DNA of 64,000 nucleotides from an uncultured Bacteroidales bacterium. Its GTDB lineage: Bacteria; Bacteroidota; Bacteroidia; Bacteroidales; CAIXZF01. A model generated the notes under the pieces. The model saw nothing but the letters and a program-made list of their open reading frames with translations, was not told the DNA's origin and did not search any database. The stretch's first letter is position 1. The number at the start of each line of letters is the position of its first letter. The DNA lies in the NCBI GenBank assembly GCA_964608665.1, contig CAZSQJ010000008.1, forward strand, positions 12,935 through 76,934. The letters run 5' to 3'. Made by a program: the position numbers and the translations under genes. This document shows positions 61,901 to 64,000 of the stretch, one piece after another.

Positions 61901-64000
61901 CAACAACATCACCTCCTGGTTATGGAACTTCGGCGACGCCAATACATCGACAGCCCAAAACCCCTGTCATCTCTACAGCACAAGCGGCACCTTCATCGTC
62001 ACACTTATGATATCCAACGGTCCCTGCACCACCTCCTGGTCCGACACCATCGTGGTACTCCCACAACCCAATGCAGCCTTCAGCTTCAGCAATGCAAACT
62101 GTGTAAACAGCCCGGTATTCTTCAACGACCTGTCGGCAAGCAGTATCAACTACTGGAACTGGAACTTCGGCAACGCCGGAACCTCACTCAACCAGAACCC
62201 TGCGCAGGCATACACCCTTCCGGGCACTTACCCCGTCACACTCATCGTACATGACATCAACGGATGTTACGACACGGCCACCATCCCTGTCACTGTCAGT
62301 CCGAACAATCTCGGAGGCAACATCACAGCCTTCCCCGACAGCATCGTTTGTGCAGGCACTCCCGTGATCCTGGCAGCCCCCGTATGTGCCGGCTGTACCT
62401 ACCTGTGGAGTAACGGCAGCACCAACGACAGCATCACCGTTACCACCAGCGGATTTTACCAGGTGCAGGTGAGCGATCTGAACGGTTGCACCTATTCAAC
62501 TTACATCAGGGTGATTGTTAACCAGTTGCCCTTTGCTCAAATAATCGGGCCCACCGATGCCTGCATCAATGATTTTGTTTCTCTGTCTGTTCCGTACAAT
62601 CCCAACTGGCTGTACACCTGGATCAGCAACGACACCAGCGCGAACGGCCAGACGGGACCCGGGGTCTGGTTGACGGCTGCTTCGCCCGGACTGCTTAATT
62701 TCAGTGTGGTACTGACCGACACGGTGACCGGCTGCACTGATACCACTGCCGTGCACCTGCTTACCGTTCATCCGGCACCCGCACCCCCGGTCGTCACGGC
62801 CCTTACAGCTACGGTGGTATGCGAGGGCGACAGTATCCTGCTGCTGATGACCCATCCCGATACTACGGTCAGCCTGAGCTGGAGCACCGGTGAGGTGAAC
62901 GACACCCTGGTGGTTACCAAAGACGGCTGTTACGATGCCATTGCCACCAATATCTGGGGCTGCAGCAGCACTACCACCTTCTGCGTCACCGTGAACGAAC
63001 TGCCTGAACTGTGCTCCTTTTACGAAGGTTGTTTCGACACCTGCGCACCCTATACCATCGCCGGACCGGCCGGAGGAAGCTCCTACCAGTGGCTGCTGAA
63101 CGGCATCCCCATCACCGGTGCCGACAGCCAGTATTATACCGCAACAATCAGTGGTGCATACTCGCTTATCGTCACCAACAGCTTCGGATGTACAGATACC
63201 ACAGGAGTGCTCAACCTGAACCTTTACCCATGTCCGGGTGATGCCTGTGTGGAATTCCTCATCGACACTGTAACCTGCGATCCCGCCACAGGTCAGTGGG
63301 CGATGCAATTCCATATCATCAACCTGACCAATATTGTTCTGACGGAAATACATCTGCAACTCCTGCCCCCCAACATGGGTGCGGGTTACTTCCCGGGCGC
63401 ATTTATCCAGACCGTCCAGCCGGGAGATACATCCACCCCGATGACAACCGTTATTTCGAATGCGGCTGCCGGAGATACCCTTTGTTTCCGGACCAATGTC
63501 TTTACATACAATGAAAACAACATTGAAGTCCTTGTCTGCTCATCCGATACCCTATGTTTCGTGCTTCCGCCCTGCGGAAATGATACCTCCTGCTGTTACC
63601 TCGGGTTTGTGAGTGATTCAATCTGGTGTGTCACCGATCCCACAGGTGCACCCGCTTATCACTTCAATATAGTGGTGGAAGGTTGCGGCATATTGGACGT
63701 ACAATTGGCGGGTCCCGGAAATATCAGTCTGAACGGACCCTATATCCTGAACGGCGGACAACTTACGCTGAGCGGATTCTATTCTGCTGCCGGCGGCAAC
63801 ACCCTTTGCCTGCTCTTTATGATGCATGATTCCGTAAACTACTGCGCCGATACCATTGTATGTTACAGCCTGCCGCCCTGTCCGCCACCCTCACTCCCCT
63901 GCGAGTGGGGCTTTGATCATTTCATTTGTGCCGGACAATCATCCGTATTCCAGCATTTTTACTTTGTTCCGGGCGTCAGTTACAACTGGCAGTTTCCCGG
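58971..64000 (+). CDS. Giant Cys-rich secreted adhesin-like protein (more than 1,676 aa, 3' end outside the window) with PKD and Ig-like repeat modules. It is not in the supplied ORF track.
   Basis: My manual translation of the frame starting at the ATG at 58971 found no stop up to nt 64000. Signal peptide MSKFSISFVIFLITGLLPAFGQ. PKD signatures WYFGDGGNSTQQHPTHAY..GSYTITL, WNFGDLSSSTQTNPTHTY, WNFGDANTSTAQNPCHLY..GTFIVTL and WNFGNAGTSLNQNPAQAY..GTYPVTL. Five G.Y.V.V.D..GC modules. Confidence 0.85.
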   Translation, partial: MSKFSISFVIFLITGLLPAFGQISGDSTVCSGETEQYSGPVIPGASYSWNVAGGNITGPSNTGIVTIQWPNAGSGSIMLTVYLPDNTQQFFIFPVVVHPLPQPVITHQPYPGCPPGHGRDNGAGSPDQGGGNDCDKVCKGATITYSTTLNPGNTYLWTAGGASSLSGASTNTVTVSWDNSPFGFLTVYETNQWGCVDSATICIEKVDLPVAAFTHQLNVCKFSSVNFTNLSTGATSFQWYFGDGGNSTQQHPTHAYSNSGSYTITLIVMNDCFCADTFQSVIQVDSFPGPEISCPSTVCAFDTATYTSAAGNCTHNWFVTGGSITGPSNQPSVTVVWGAGQTGMLGLTVTGCGGTCSDTTWLIIPIIPANGTISGPPKVCPGECATYSLPKFSGATYSWSLNNGSCGTIQDSSCCEEITICWPATSYFCTDTLTVTFWDQFLGCGGTAQMIIRLRPELSIFGQTEGCSNGTSSFFAFGSINCMWNVSPAGPAYSPGPSPSLNVNWLGLTGNFQVTAFPVNPNQVCNDSATVLVKVIDPPAAPVITGDSVVCPGSVHQYCATGNGIIQWFVTGGNPSNGSGNCITVTWGNTPPFSVQAVVQMPQSPYCTSDPAILNINVPLNPPPPAFTGSAVACANAVSTYSTPTAYPAGANFTWSLSPSNAGTIISGQGSASIQIEWGNNAPQTVTLSLTVDICGQTVSNTLSILLTPAPNPSIIQPGSLCPGNPAQLNATGGVFTAYQWSGPGGFTSSSNPVTITQDGLYQVTVTDAGGCTALTQLLVSYTGTPVASISAQNPLSYCTGASYNVTLCALGNPNYTYAWSNAATSQCITVSNQGNFQVTVTDASNGCFAISNMIAVTESPCQPDTGTCVPTGSVSFTYSGCNPVSFLNTSVNAGSFSWNFGDLSSSTQTNPTHTYNAAGFFLVSLYGYVPDASGTDSCLLVDTALIEIPLLPRFTAAPGCSTDPVCFTDNSVFTAGNNITSWLWNFGDANTSTAQNPCHLYSTSGTFIVTLMISNGPCTTSWSDTIVVLPQPNAAFSFSNANCVNSPVFFNDLSASSINYWNWNFGNAGTSLNQNPAQAYTLPGTYPVTLIVHDINGCYDTATIPVTVSPNNLGGNITAFPDSIVCAGTPVILAAPVCAGCTYLWSNGSTNDSITVTTSGFYQVQVSDLNGCTYSTYIRVIVNQLPFAQIIGPTDACINDFVSLSVPYNPNWLYTWISNDTSANGQTGPGVWLTAASPGLLNFSVVLTDTVTGCTDTTAVHLLTVHPAPAPPVVTALTATVVCEGDSILLLMTHPDTTVSLSWSTGEVNDTLVVTKDGCYDAIATNIWGCSSTTTFCVTVNELPELCSFYEGCFDTCAPYTIAGPAGGSSYQWLLNGIPITGADSQYYTATISGAYSLIVTNSFGCTDTTGVLNLNLYPCPGDACVEFLIDTVTCDPATGQWAMQFHIINLTNIVLTEIHLQLLPPNMGAGYFPGAFIQTVQPGDTSTPMTTVISNAAAGDTLCFRTNVFTYNENNIEVLVCSSDTLCFVLPPCGNDTSCCYLGFVSDSIWCVTDPTGAPAYHFNIVVEGCGILDVQLAGPGNISLNGPYILNGGQLTLSGFYSAAGGNTLCLLFMMHDSVNYCADTIVCYSLPPCPPPSLPCEWGFDHFICAGQSSVFQHFYFVPGVSYNWQFP

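Noticed and set aside
1-64000. CRISPR arrays, tRNA or rRNA genes, transposases, integrases, reverse transcriptases (a DGR or retron near the FISUMP or lectin-like genes)
   Set aside because: No regularly spaced direct repeats of 24-40 nt were seen, and no cloverleaf-type GTTCRANYC T-arm contexts in the intergenic spacers. No ORF has DDE, tyrosine-recombinase or YxDD reverse-transcriptase motifs. The only repeats found are those reported above.

Overview
The window looks like a chromosomal segment of a Bacteroidota-type (FCB group) bacterium. Three things support this: many type-A T9SS C-terminal sorting domains, TAnnTTTG-like -7 promoter boxes close to start codons, and a Fibrobacter-type (FISUMP) paralogous domain. 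I call about 46 protein-coding genes. I found no rRNA, tRNA, CRISPR array, transposase or integrase.

Recognisable housekeeping or regulatory genes:
- a truncated kdpD-like kinase, kdpE and kup
- a RecD-like helicase
- an Omp85/TamA-like barrel
- a DSD1-type PLP enzyme
- rlmN
- a TonB-like protein
- a class-A beta-lactamase-like hydrolase
- an AsmA-like protein
- a 1.5-kaa multi-PAS/GAF hybrid histidine kinase

The rest is mostly secreted or surface proteins, and at least 10 of them carry T9SS sorting domains.

Most notable observations:
1. A roughly 12-kb co-directional minus-strand cluster in which two CotH-family paralogs bracket a VTC (polyphosphate-polymerase-like) / DUF4956-like / DUF2490-like core plus T9SS beta-propeller cargo. 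This is my best candidate for an uncharacterised envelope system.
2. A roughly 150-aa beta-sandwich plus dockerin-like module present in four different proteins. One of these also has a cohesin-like domain and a T9SS anchor, so it could be a scaffoldin.
3. A roughly 103-nt multi-hairpin intergenic repeat family with at least 3 copies, showing a compensatory change in one stem.
4. A signal-peptide-bearing ORF of more than 1,676 codons (58971 to the window end) that is missing from the supplied ORF track because it has no stop inside the window.
5. An AT-rich type II restriction-modification island.

Everything here comes from reading the sequence and translations by eye. No database search, HMM scan, RNA folding or GC computation was run, so all family names are motif-based recognitions.
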